A stretch of 52,383 nt of DNA from Candidatus Micrarchaeia archaeon (lineage in GTDB: Archaea; Micrarchaeota; Micrarchaeia; Micrarchaeales; CABMGC01): positions 1 through 52,383 of the forward strand of contig JBMFIM010000005.1 of the NCBI GenBank assembly GCA_049976305.1. The letters run 5' to 3'. The notes below the pieces were generated by a model. That model saw nothing but the letters and a program-made list of their open reading frames with translations. It did no database searches and was not told where the DNA came from. Positions 27,058 to 36,790 of the stretch are shown here, piece after piece; position 1 is the first letter of the stretch, and each line of letters starts with the position of its first letter. A program made the position numbers and the translations under genes.

Positions 27058-27969
27058 CTACTGCTTTTTCATTTCGCGCAGTTCTCTGTCTATCTCAAGG
27101 AGCAGGTCCAAGATTATGCCTACAAAAATTGAAAGTATGCCTAGCACAGCGAGCATAAAAGCGATGAGCGCTCTTCCAACTTCGGTGAACATGCCTGTTC
27201 TTAGAAAGTTTATAAACACGGCTAGGCCTATCGCTAAGCCTACTATAAATAGCACAAGTCCAAATGTGCCAAAGATGAGAAGAGGGCTGTAGTCTCTTAC
27301 TTGCCTTATAATGTTCGCAGCAACGCTGAGCGCATAGCCTGTTTTATGCTTCGATATCCTTGAGGTGCCGTATTTGCGCTTGAAGTACCTTATGTCTATT
27401 TCTCCTATCTTGTAGCCGCGCCTTATAAGCTCTATGGCATATGTCGTTGCAACGCCTGCTCTGTATGGCTCTATATTCTTTACCTTTTCAAACGCTTCGC
27501 GCCTTACTGCAAATAAACCGGTAAGGATATCGTGAACCTTAACTCCATAAAGGCTGCTAAACAGCTTGCTCAATATTTTGTTACCAAGCCTTATGTATGC
27601 ACTCATTGCACCCTTTTCGCTTTTATTCAGCCTATTGCCTAGCACCATGTCGTATGTGCCATCCTTTATCTTTTCTACAGCCAAAACCAGGCCTTTGACA
27701 TCGTGTGTGCCGTCTCCATCTATAGAAGCAATGATCTCCCCTTTTGCCAGCCTCATGCCCTGCGCTACCGCCCTTTCAACTCCCTTGCCTTCCTGCTTTA
27801 CCGCTACAACGCCCTCCTTCTTTAGCCTTTCGAAGTAGCTGTCGCTGCTTTTGTCTACCACTATTATCTCCACGTCTCCCAATTCCTTCCTTACTTCCTT
27901 TATCACGTCAAAAGCGGCTTCTTCCTCCATTGTTGGTATAACAACGCTTATTTTTGGGGCCTGTCCCAT
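27058..27969 (-). CDS. GT2 glycosyltransferase (dolichol-phosphate glycosyltransferase-like)
   Basis: SVVIPT, VVD, IDGDGTH and VLGNR motifs; two C-terminal TM helices. Confidence 0.9.
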   Translation of the reverse strand: MGQAPKISVVIPTMEEEAAFDVIKEVRKELGDVEIIVVDKSSDSYFERLKKEGVVAVKQEGKGVERAVAQGMRLAKGEIIASIDGDGTHDVKGLVLAVEKIKDGTYDMVLGNRLNKSEKGAMSAYIRLGNKILSKLFSSLYGVKVHDILTGLFAVRREAFEKVKNIEPYRAGVATTYAIELIRRGYKIGEIDIRYFKRKYGTSRISKHKTGYALSVAANIIRQVRDYSPLLIFGTFGLVLFIVGLAIGLAVFINFLRTGMFTEVGRALIAFMLAVLGILSIFVGIILDLLLEIDRELREMKKQ

Positions 27970-28096
27970 ACTCTTCCTTCTACATATGAACGTTTTCCTT
28001 TTTAATTTTACCATGCTGCTCAGGCTAAGGCGTTAGCCAGCAACCGCTATGCAGGGTTAATAATTTAAATTGTTTGTTTGATGTTTAATTGATAGA

Positions 28097-28348
28097 ATGA
28101 AAGTGAAGAAAGCTGATGGGAGCCTTGAAGACTTCAAGGTGGAGAAGATAGAAACGGCAATAGTTAAGGCAGGGGGCTCGAGGGAGCTTGCCAAGCAGAT
28201 AAGCCAAGAAGTGGCAAAGGTATTTGCAAACAAAGAACTGGTTGAAAGCAAAGAGATAAGGAAGGAAGTGCTGGCTAGGCTTCAGGCAAGAGACAGAGCG
28301 ACATACGCCAGCTGGCTAGACTTTGACAAGAAGAGGGGCAAGAAATAA
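28097..28348 (+). CDS. Stand-alone ATP-cone domain protein
   Basis: VKKADGSLEDF..EKI..AI.KAG...EI...V...L pattern. Confidence 0.85.
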   Translation: MKVKKADGSLEDFKVEKIETAIVKAGGSRELAKQISQEVAKVFANKELVESKEIRKEVLARLQARDRATYASWLDFDKKRGKK

Positions 28349-28387
28349 AAGCAAGAAAGAAAGCGCTTATTTTATCTAGCTCTGCTC

Positions 28388-29143
28388 TTACTCCTTTTTC
28401 ATCTCTGAATAGTGCCTTATAAGCTCCTCGGTGTCCTTGTTTTTCGGCATGTTTTTGTTTACAAGCAAGGCAATTTTTGAGTTGTCAAGCACTTTCGAAG
28501 CAAGGATTATGATGTTGCCCTCTGTTATTGCTGTGGCAATTCTGTAGACCAAGAAATGCCGCTTTAGCATGGTTACGTAGCCCATATAGGTGAGCCAGCC
28601 CATAAAGCTTGGCGCGTAGTTGATTGCAAGAATTCCTTTCTCGCTCAGCACCTTTTTTGCCTTTATTGCAAAGCTTTCGCTAAGGAACTGCTGTGGTATG
28701 GTGCTTCCCTGGTATGCATCAAGAAATATTAGGTCAAAGCTTCTAGGGCCGAGCTTGCTAATATATGTGTAGGCGTCTTCCCTTATGATTCTCGCTTTTG
28801 TCTCCTTTGGCAGAAAGTACTTGCTTGCCTCTATCATCTTTGAGTTTGGTTCGAAGGCGGTTATGCTTACTTTTTCTCCCAAAAGCGATTCCAGCTGATA
28901 TGCTATTGTGCCCCCTCCAAAGCCTATGATCATCACTCTTGGGTGTTCAAAGATGTAAGCGAGGGGCAGGAAATAGTCCCAGTACTGATGCGTAAAAACA
29001 GAGCCTTTGTTGAGTTTTGAATAGGTAATTCCGTTAAATTTGAGCACGAGTTCATCGCCTAAACTTAAAACTTCTATGGTGTTGCCAGACTCGTCTATGC
29101 CTCTATATAGAAGCTTAGGAAAAAGGAAAGATAGCGGGTTCAT
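28388..29143 (-). CDS. Spermidine synthase-like / SAM-dependent methyltransferase
   Basis: IIGFGGG, E, DA, FDLIFLDAY and L...GILAIN motifs. Confidence 0.8.
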   Translation of the reverse strand: MNPLSFLFPKLLYRGIDESGNTIEVLSLGDELVLKFNGITYSKLNKGSVFTHQYWDYFLPLAYIFEHPRVMIIGFGGGTIAYQLESLLGEKVSITAFEPNSKMIEASKYFLPKETKARIIREDAYTYISKLGPRSFDLIFLDAYQGSTIPQQFLSESFAIKAKKVLSEKGILAINYAPSFMGWLTYMGYVTMLKRHFLVYRIATAITEGNIIILASKVLDNSKIALLVNKNMPKNKDTEELIRHYSEMKKE

Positions 29144-29370
29144 GATTCGTTGATAGAGATTATCTGCCCTTGACCTATGCTTGTCGGAAAGCTGTCGAAC
29201 TCTACTACCAACCCTGCTTCTTCAATTCCCACAACCTTCCCATGCCATTCCTTATTGTTGGAGTCTGTATAAATTGCTTCTTTGCCTACTAATCCCTTCT
29301 CATCCTCCCCGCCAGTGGGCATAACCACTACCTTATTTCCTTCTATTGCGGCAACTATCGCATCTATCAT
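29140..29370 (-). CDS. Small acidic beta-barrel protein resembling ribosomal protein L35Ae
   Basis: LVGK.AIY....K.W.GKVV....G.VVEF...P...GQ pattern. The resemblance is by eye only. Confidence 0.5.
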   Translation of the reverse strand: MIDAIVAAIEGNKVVVMPTGGEDEKGLVGKEAIYTDSNNKEWHGKVVGIEEAGLVVEFDSFPTSIGQGQIISINES

Positions 29371-29407
29371 AAAATCATTCTTAATCTGTCTGTTTTTCTT
29401 TTTATTT

Positions 29408-30640
29408 CTATCTCTTCCTACGCCTATCTCTGCCTGTACTATTTTCCAACTCCTGGATTCTTGCAAGCTCATTTATCTTCGCAATCCGCTCGCCACCTAG
29501 TATGCCACATTTTATATATGCAGCGCCAAATGCGACGGCAAGGTGCGAGATGAAAGCGTCAATTGTTTCACCACTCCTGTGTGAAACCACAAGTTTTATG
29601 CCATGCCGCCTTGCAAGCTTTACAACCTCCAACGTGTCAGTTAGAGTGCCAACCTGGTTTACTTTTACCAGTATCCCATTAGTTGCCTTTGCTTTGATGC
29701 CTTCTTCAAGCCTCTTTGCATTTGTGGCGTAAAGGTCATCTCCCACTATCAATGCACTTCTGCCAAATTCCTTTGTCAATCTAGCAAAGCTTTCTAGCTC
29801 AGACTCTTCAAACGGATCTTCTATGTAGACAGGCCTGTGCTTCTCTACTATTTCATTTATCGCATCAAAATATTCTGCCCTTGTTAACTGTCTTCTTTTG
29901 CCATGTCTATCATAAAAGAGATATTTGCCATTTGAAAAGTATTCTGTCGCCGCAAAATCAAAGCCAAGCCTCGCTAATCCGTCTGCTGTTTTCTCAACAG
30001 CCTTTATCGCTTCAATGTCTGCAAGCTTGCTTATCCATGCATTTTCTATGTTTAGCCCTATAGCTAGGTCCCTCTTGCGCAGGAACTCGCCAAGTGCGTT
30101 GTGCAGCATTATGTTTGTTTTGGCGTTTTCAATCACATCCTTTGACCTGTTCGTTATCAATATTTCCTGTATTTGCATGTTGCTGTTCGAATGCACGCCA
30201 CCGCCGAGTATGTTGCCAAGAAGGAAAGGAATTGCCTTTTTTATTCCCATGCTTTGCGTGAAGCGCCTATAGATGTATTGATAAAGCTCAAGCCCCTGCT
30301 CTTTCGCAGCAAGCTTTGCAGTTGCAATAGAAATCGCGGTAGCAACATTGCCGCCTATTCTTGCAAAATTTTCGGTTGCGTCTATTTCATGCAGCGTTGC
30401 ATCTATTTCTTTCTGCTGCTCAGCATCCATTCCTAGAAGCTTGGCCTTGTACGTGCTGAAAAGCTTAATGGCTTCTTTTGCACCGCCCCTTGGTAATGGA
30501 ACTGCTTCATAGCCGCTCCTGCTTGTGCCGCTTGGCGCAATTGCTATTGCCTCATTGCCTTTCTCGTCTTTCAAATACGCAGCTATAGTTTCCCTGCCCC
30601 TTGAATCTAGCGCTACGTGCAACGAAATATCCTTTATCAT
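29408..30640 (-). CDS. eno: Enolase
   Basis: LDSRG, PSG.S, GGVH, QE, D.AA, IEDPF, VGDDL, KVNQ and SHRSGET motifs. Confidence 0.95.
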   Translation of the reverse strand: MIKDISLHVALDSRGRETIAAYLKDEKGNEAIAIAPSGTSRSGYEAVPLPRGGAKEAIKLFSTYKAKLLGMDAEQQKEIDATLHEIDATENFARIGGNVATAISIATAKLAAKEQGLELYQYIYRRFTQSMGIKKAIPFLLGNILGGGVHSNSNMQIQEILITNRSKDVIENAKTNIMLHNALGEFLRKRDLAIGLNIENAWISKLADIEAIKAVEKTADGLARLGFDFAATEYFSNGKYLFYDRHGKRRQLTRAEYFDAINEIVEKHRPVYIEDPFEESELESFARLTKEFGRSALIVGDDLYATNAKRLEEGIKAKATNGILVKVNQVGTLTDTLEVVKLARRHGIKLVVSHRSGETIDAFISHLAVAFGAAYIKCGILGGERIAKINELARIQELENSTGRDRRRKR

Positions 30641-31893
30641 GTCAATCGCCCTCGATTATTTATCATTTTGTTCAAAAGCTCTCTTCCATCGAATATGCCA
30701 AGGGAGCCCTTGGAGTCTATTTGCTCAGTGAATGAAAGCCCATCGCCATGCTCTCCTTGCCTGTATATCACGACAGGCACCGGATCTGCGGAATGCGCCT
30801 TTAGCGAGCATGGTGTAGAGTGGTCTGAGGTTACACACACAACCTTTGGCATTTTGTCCTTTAGCAACGCAAAGAAGCCTGAATCAATAAGCTTTAGCCT
30901 CCTGCTTTTCTCAACGGCATTGCCATCATGCCCAGGCTCATCAGGCCCTTTGATATGAACATACATGAAGTCGCACGTTTGCCTGCTCCTTATAACAGCC
31001 TTTGCAAGGTCTTGATAATAAGCTATTGTAAAAGGTTTGTGGCTCGTTGCAAACTTTACAGGCTCCATCTTCAGCAGCTTAGCTATGCCAGTTTCTACAG
31101 GCATTTCTGCTATGAATGCAAACTTCATTCCAAATTTCTTGCTTATAGGCATGACCTTCGGAAGTCCCAAGCCAGCGTCTCTTAGAAGCAGAGCGTTAGC
31201 TTCAAGCCTGCCCCTTTTCTTCCTTGCTTTATTCACCTTGCTTGCCTCAAGCTTTTGTATTGCCAAGTCTATGAAACTGTTGACAAGCTTTGCAGTATAC
31301 TTCGCTTCTTTGGTTCCATCTAGAGGCACAACCTTATGCAAATGCAGAGAATAGCTCGATTTTGCAACTGAAACGTTGCCCTTCCTTACATAGCCAATGT
31401 CAAAGTTTGATATGTTGGGCGAAAGGCCTTCGCCTCTCATTATTAGCACGCCTCTGTGGCCTACTGTTGACTTGAACTTGAACCGCACCTTTGCATCAAA
31501 CCTTATGCTGTTGATTTCCTTCTCTAGCTCCTTTGCTTCTTCTATGCTTATGTCTCTTCCTGCGCGCCTGTCTATTACCTTCCTATCTTTGTCAATTGTT
31601 GCAAAATCGGCCCTAAAGGCAAGAGTTTTGCTATCTATTCTCAACCCAGCTCCCAATGCTTCCAAAGGCCCTCTCCCCGTATAATGGGCAAGGTCGTAGC
31701 TAAGCAAGGAAAAAACAGCGGCATCTGACTCAGGCGCTATGCCTTTTCCTACCGTGTGCATCATTCCTGCCTTTGCCCTTTTTGCAATGGAATTGAGGTT
31801 TTTCATTCCTGCATGCTCAAGAGGTGTTTTGTTGCCAAGCTCCTTTACGGGCCTATCAGGAGCGCCGTCAAGTACAATAAGCAAATACTGCAT
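30637..31893 (-). CDS. apgM: Cofactor-independent phosphoglycerate mutase (archaeal ApgM)
   Basis: LDGAPDRP, PESD, GRGPLEA.G, HIKGPDEPGH and TSDHSTP...H motifs. Confidence 0.95.
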   Translation of the reverse strand: MQYLLIVLDGAPDRPVKELGNKTPLEHAGMKNLNSIAKRAKAGMMHTVGKGIAPESDAAVFSLLSYDLAHYTGRGPLEALGAGLRIDSKTLAFRADFATIDKDRKVIDRRAGRDISIEEAKELEKEINSIRFDAKVRFKFKSTVGHRGVLIMRGEGLSPNISNFDIGYVRKGNVSVAKSSYSLHLHKVVPLDGTKEAKYTAKLVNSFIDLAIQKLEASKVNKARKKRGRLEANALLLRDAGLGLPKVMPISKKFGMKFAFIAEMPVETGIAKLLKMEPVKFATSHKPFTIAYYQDLAKAVIRSRQTCDFMYVHIKGPDEPGHDGNAVEKSRRLKLIDSGFFALLKDKMPKVVCVTSDHSTPCSLKAHSADPVPVVIYRQGEHGDGLSFTEQIDSKGSLGIFDGRELLNKMINNRGRLT

Positions 31894-31896
31894 ATT

Positions 31897-33429
31897 CTAC
31901 CTCTCAAGTATGAAGCGCTGGGGTGCTTCTTCAAGCTTTATGTGCTTTAGCAAGGCTTTGTTTTTCTGGCCAACCAGCACAAGCGGATTTTCCTTAACGT
32001 ATTTTTCAGCGTTGTGCAAGAGTGGCGCGCTGTCGGAATAAATAGTCAGTAGCACCTCTCCCTTCTTTACAGGGTCGAAAAGCTTTTTGTTGAGCAGGAT
32101 TGCGGCGCTTTTATTTGTAGGCGCTCCAGCCAGCTTTGTAGCGGTGGCTATTCCTATATTGTCAAAGCCGAGCACAAAGCCATCTTCATTTGCAACAATC
32201 TCTGCAGTATGGTCGCCAAGCGCTATGTCTTCAGGCTTCACCTTTTCATCTCCTCCTTGCTCAGCTATTATCTCTCTAAGCTTTTTCTCGGCAAGGCCCC
32301 TGTCAAGTATTGACCTTGCAAGCTTCTTGCCGTTCTTCTTGCCGCTCATCTCAAGCAATATGCCTGCTATGCTAGTGGCCTTGTCTATCAAGTCCATGGC
32401 CTTTCTGCTTTTTCCCGTTATAGTTTCCAGAGCTTCTCTAGCTTCCGCAGCCGCACCGACAGCATAGCCTATAGGCTGGCTTCCAGCTGTTAGTGCTGCC
32501 TCAATCCTTATGCCCATTCTTGCGCCAAGTGCAGCAAAGTCCCTTACTAGCATTACCCCATCTGCTTCTGATTTCACCTTCATCTCTGCTCCTATGGGTA
32601 TGTCAAGCACCATGTCAGTCGACCCAACTGCCTTTTTCTTCGACATTATTGAAGGAAGGAGGAGCGGGTCTATTGATAGAGGATACTCTTCCCTTATGAA
32701 TATGTCGTCTGCTGGTGCTAGATGCACAGCGCCTCCCCACACCAAGCAGCCATTCGTTTTTCTTACCACTCTCTCCACTTCACTTACTTCCAAGGTTACA
32801 GGCATGAGCACTTCAGCCCTGTCTGCAGTGCCAGCAGCAGAGGTTATTGCACGAGAAGAGGTTTTTGGAATTGTGAGGCCTGCCGCTGCAACAATGGGCA
32901 CTACAAGCAAAGACGTTTTGTCGCCAGGCACTCCACCTATTGAATGCTTGTCAAATATTCTCTTCTTATTCAAGTGAAGCGTATCGCCGGTTTTTACCAT
33001 AGCGTAGGAAAGGTTTGCAGCTTCTTCAAGGTCTAGGGGCATGTAGTGCAAGCTGGTTATAAACGCAACAATCTCTTCCCTGTCGAGCCTTTTCTTCACT
33101 ATATCTCTTATTACCTCGTATGCTGTTTTCGCATCAAGCCTTCTCCCCGCAAGCCTGTTTCTTATTGCCTGTATGGAGCTTGGCATAGGCTGCAAGGCGA
33201 GCTCTACCTCTTCTCCCTTTCGTATCTTTGTCTCATCCTCTATGTCCTTTGTAAGCCCTAATTCGCCTTCGTTTATGGCTGTGCTAAGGTTTACTATCGC
33301 TACCTCCTTTCCTCTTTTGCTTTTAAGCTCTACTCTGTCCCCGGCATGTATGCCAAGCCTGCTAGCGTCTTTTGGATTTAGCTGTATTACCATAGCTCCT
33401 GTTTCGACGTTTAGAAGCCTCGCTTTCAT
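31897..33429 (-). CDS. AMP (NMP) phosphorylase
   Basis: N-terminal extra domain, DKHSIGGVPG, PKTSSRAITSAAGTAD and SIMSKK motifs. Confidence 0.95.
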   Translation of the reverse strand: MKARLLNVETGAMVIQLNPKDASRLGIHAGDRVELKSKRGKEVAIVNLSTAINEGELGLTKDIEDETKIRKGEEVELALQPMPSSIQAIRNRLAGRRLDAKTAYEVIRDIVKKRLDREEIVAFITSLHYMPLDLEEAANLSYAMVKTGDTLHLNKKRIFDKHSIGGVPGDKTSLLVVPIVAAAGLTIPKTSSRAITSAAGTADRAEVLMPVTLEVSEVERVVRKTNGCLVWGGAVHLAPADDIFIREEYPLSIDPLLLPSIMSKKKAVGSTDMVLDIPIGAEMKVKSEADGVMLVRDFAALGARMGIRIEAALTAGSQPIGYAVGAAAEAREALETITGKSRKAMDLIDKATSIAGILLEMSGKKNGKKLARSILDRGLAEKKLREIIAEQGGDEKVKPEDIALGDHTAEIVANEDGFVLGFDNIGIATATKLAGAPTNKSAAILLNKKLFDPVKKGEVLLTIYSDSAPLLHNAEKYVKENPLVLVGQKNKALLKHIKLEEAPQRFILER

Positions 33430-33438
33430 ACCACCACT

Positions 33439-34731
33439 TTATACAGGCTTTAGATGGCCCCAGTATTGCAGCGCTTCGTTAAGTTCTTTGTGGCTTTTTG
33501 CGTATTCCTCAAGGTCGATGCCCTCTATGCTTGCCTCTATTGCCTGTCTCATTGCCTTTGCACCCGCATAAACTCCCTTAGGATGCCCGTCTATGCCTCC
33601 GCCAGCTTGTATTACGATGTCTTGGCCAAGAAGCTTTACGACATATGGCACAAGGCCTGGATGAAGCCCACCAGAAGATACTGGCACAACCGGCTTTATG
33701 TTGTACCATTCCTGCTTTAGCACGTCGCCCATCTCCTTTACTGACTTTTCCGTTATCTCGGTGTCTAAGTCCTCTACTTCTCTTCTGCTCGCCTCAAGCT
33801 TGCCCACTACTGTGCCTATGTGTATCTGGTCTACGCCGATAAGCCTCGCTAGCTTTGCTACTACTAGCATAGACATTCCATGCTTTGGATTTCTTGTAAA
33901 TGCGGCATGGAATGCCCTGTGGGCATGGATTGCTAAACCTAAATCTTCACACTCCTCCCTTACAGTCTGCAAGGCCGCCCAGCCTGCTGTGAGAATGTCA
34001 ACCATCACATACTCTCCGCCAAGCTCCTTCACAAGTTTAGCCCTTCTTATCATCTCATTCGTCTCAGCTGTTATGTTAGCAAGGTAGCTTTTCTTCTCGC
34101 CAGTCACTTTCTCAGCATAGTCTCTGTATTTGAACATGAGCTTCATGCGCCTGTCAAATGTGTTGAAGCTCTGGCTTGTCAAGTTTTCGTCGTCCTTGAG
34201 TAGATCAACACCGCCAAGCCAAGCATTCTTTGCCACATTGGCGTGCTCCTCAGTGGTCATGCCAACCTTGGGCTTTGGCACGTGTGCCAGCAAAGGCCTG
34301 CGCTCTTTCATCCTGAATATCTTGCCGAAAACACCGTCTATTCCGAACTGCGGTCCCTTGAAGCTTCTCACGTATTTTTCTGGAAACTCTATGTCTTCAA
34401 GCCTGAGATTTTTAAGCGCCTTCATCCCAAATATGTTGCCTGCTACTGAGCTCATAAGCTGCGGTATGCTGCCAAGCTCAAACAAAGGCAGAGGATATGC
34501 AACCTTTACCATATTGCCTTTTATAGAAAAGGCCCTTGCCCTTATCCTTCTTATGTGCTCCTTCAGAGTAGTAAGCTCGGCCCATGTGCCGTTGCTGCTT
34601 TCGCTCGCAACCCTTCCTATTGCTTCCTTTATGCTTATGCCTTTTGCAGGTTCCACTCTGAAAAGGCAGACTAGGTCATCTTTGCTAGGAGAATATTTCA
34701 GGTCTACAAAATCCCTATACGGATCTTCCAT
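33439..34731 (-). CDS. rbcL: Form III RuBisCO large subunit
   Basis: ESS.GTW, AGN, PKPKVG, GGVDLLKDDE, HAHRA, HIGT.VGKL, SSGG and QAGGG; the catalytic residue set appears intact. Confidence 0.96.
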   Translation of the reverse strand: MEDPYRDFVDLKYSPSKDDLVCLFRVEPAKGISIKEAIGRVASESSNGTWAELTTLKEHIRRIRARAFSIKGNMVKVAYPLPLFELGSIPQLMSSVAGNIFGMKALKNLRLEDIEFPEKYVRSFKGPQFGIDGVFGKIFRMKERRPLLAHVPKPKVGMTTEEHANVAKNAWLGGVDLLKDDENLTSQSFNTFDRRMKLMFKYRDYAEKVTGEKKSYLANITAETNEMIRRAKLVKELGGEYVMVDILTAGWAALQTVREECEDLGLAIHAHRAFHAAFTRNPKHGMSMLVVAKLARLIGVDQIHIGTVVGKLEASRREVEDLDTEITEKSVKEMGDVLKQEWYNIKPVVPVSSGGLHPGLVPYVVKLLGQDIVIQAGGGIDGHPKGVYAGAKAMRQAIEASIEGIDLEEYAKSHKELNEALQYWGHLKPV

Positions 34732-35559
34732 TTAGTCACCAAATAGAAAAGGTTTTTCACCTTTCAGCCTTTCAACTAGCGCAGCATATGGCATAACTCC
34801 CAACTCAGTGATCATGGCGCTTATGTAGTCTTGGCTCACGAAATCAAACACATTATTTACTATCTTTACCCCTCTTGGATGATTAGGCCATACCTCTGTG
34901 TCGCTTCTCTCCTCTATCTTCTCTACCTTCCCATACCTAGTGCTAGTGTCGAATTTCAGACTGTGGCAAGCTACGTAAACTGGTATGCCCATTTCAGTTG
35001 CAACCTTTGCAAAAAGCTGAGAACCTATCTTGTTTATTATGCCCCCATAAGCAGTTATTGCATCACACCCTATCAGCATCATGTCAGCACCTTTCATTGC
35101 GGATGGCGCGGCAGAGTCAACGTAAAGTGTTACCTTTATGCCTGCCTTTGCAAGATTTGCAGCTGTAATTCTGCCTTGGTAATCTGGCCTCGTTTCTGTA
35201 GCATGTACTTCAAGCTTCTTGCCTTCGAGCTTCGCCTTCTTCAGTATTGCTTCAACAGTCGACGAGTGGCAATGCGTATATATCAGGCTTTCTTTGCCAA
35301 TAAGCCTTGAACCGAACGTTGCGATCTTCTGCAATTTTTCATCAATCTCCTTTTTCAGCTCTTCCGGATCTTTGCCACTATTGAGATATTTTAGTGCATT
35401 CCTAAGCATGGGTTCTGTCGGCCTAAGCGAGACAAGCACTTTGGTCGCTTTTTTCTTATCCTTTGCTATAGCCCACGCGTCTATTGCGGCCTTTGCAACG
35501 TTCTCCGCTCCTTGAATCTTCAAGGTCTTTATGCCCTCAACAATTTGTTCAAACTTCAT
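34732..35559 (-). CDS. Ribose-1,5-bisphosphate isomerase (eIF2B family)
   Basis: IQGA, RPTEP, THCHS, ETRP and NKIGS motifs; adjacent to rbcL. Confidence 0.92.
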   Translation of the reverse strand: MKFEQIVEGIKTLKIQGAENVAKAAIDAWAIAKDKKKATKVLVSLRPTEPMLRNALKYLNSGKDPEELKKEIDEKLQKIATFGSRLIGKESLIYTHCHSSTVEAILKKAKLEGKKLEVHATETRPDYQGRITAANLAKAGIKVTLYVDSAAPSAMKGADMMLIGCDAITAYGGIINKIGSQLFAKVATEMGIPVYVACHSLKFDTSTRYGKVEKIEERSDTEVWPNHPRGVKIVNNVFDFVSQDYISAMITELGVMPYAALVERLKGEKPFLFGD

Positions 35560-35661
35560 TGCTGCTATTTCTCTGTTAAAGTTAAAATAAGTTTGCAAGG
35601 CTGTGCATGTTTAGTTAGGTTTTATAATTTCTCTCTTTACTTAGCTATTGTGGCAGAAAAG

Positions 35662-36786
35662 ATGAAAGAGATTTCTTATGAGGCGCTCAAACAAGCCTTG
35701 CGTGTAGAGTACCAAGAACATGCAACTTTCAGGATTGTCGAAAAAACCAAAAATATTGCCAGCAGTGTGCTATACAATCAAGTAAAAGAACTTACAGACC
35801 TAGCCTGCCCTACAGAATTAACAAGCCGGGTTATAGTGTGGAGATACTTTTTCTTTCCTTTGAAATTTGAAGGCAAGCCGGCATATATGCCGCTTACCAT
35901 AGTGAAGCTGCACAATGCGAACGAAGCGACAGAAAGCTATCTGCTTGTGTTTTCTTCTTCAGATACCCTGTCAGACGTGCAGGTTGTTGAAGGCACTGCT
36001 CCTTTTGATAAACTCTTTTCCTTTGTGATATCATCAGCAAAAGAAGTTTTGTTAAAGAAAGAGAATACGAAAGCCGAAAAGATGGTTCCGTATCATTTTA
36101 GGACTGGCAAGATAAAGGGCAAATACCTGCTTGATCCTTCGCAGCTTATTTCCGAAGAGGAAGTGGAAGAAATAAGGAAAGAATACAGAGAGCATTTGAA
36201 GAGCACGAAGGATTTGCCGAATGCGCGTAAGTTCGTATCACTTAATCAGTACTTGTATGCTGCTTCGGTAGCAATAAAGGCAGTATTCCCAGAATATGCC
36301 GACCTACCTCCTTTGGAGACGTATAGAAAAACAGCTGATTTTAGGGACGGCTATATGCTTTCAATAAGCAATCCGGACAGTGTAGAGGAATTTAAGAAAT
36401 GGTATGAAAGCGGAATCTGGCAGGGGTCGCATCCGTTTGAAATTATCGCAGGTTACAGCACTGTAGGCATACTTCTTTATCCTCCCAAAGAAGGGGGTTA
36501 CTTTATTTTGAAGGCTGGTAGCTCGTTATACTACCCTCAGTATGTTAAGGCTTTGCGCGCAATGATGCAAGCAAAAATACCTGTGAAGGCGGATATCAAC
36601 ACTGTTTTAAGGTTCCTTACAGGTAATAGCTGCTTTGCAGTGAATGCGCCGAACAAGGAATGTGAAGATTATGTCTTTTATTACGAAATTCCAGAAGAAA
36701 AACTGAAGTATGTTAAATGGGACAAGTTAGAGGCAGTAAAGCCAAAAGGTGAAAGTGACTGTTGGCCTTCGATGAAAAGGGGTTAA
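35662..36786 (+). CDS. Hypothetical protein
   Basis: Long ORF with likely ATG at 35662; contains D.RDG...W...GSHPFEI. Confidence 0.7.
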   Translation: MKEISYEALKQALRVEYQEHATFRIVEKTKNIASSVLYNQVKELTDLACPTELTSRVIVWRYFFFPLKFEGKPAYMPLTIVKLHNANEATESYLLVFSSSDTLSDVQVVEGTAPFDKLFSFVISSAKEVLLKKENTKAEKMVPYHFRTGKIKGKYLLDPSQLISEEEVEEIRKEYREHLKSTKDLPNARKFVSLNQYLYAASVAIKAVFPEYADLPPLETYRKTADFRDGYMLSISNPDSVEEFKKWYESGIWQGSHPFEIIAGYSTVGILLYPPKEGGYFILKAGSSLYYPQYVKALRAMMQAKIPVKADINTVLRFLTGNSCFAVNAPNKECEDYVFYYEIPEEKLKYVKWDKLEAVKPKGESDCWPSMKRG

Positions 36787-36790
36787 ATGG

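Noticed and set aside
33439..34731. RuBisCO-like protein (form IV) for methionine salvage
   Set aside because: The KDDE motif, loop-6 Lys and other catalytic residues are intact, and the neighbours are AMP phosphorylase and R15P isomerase.
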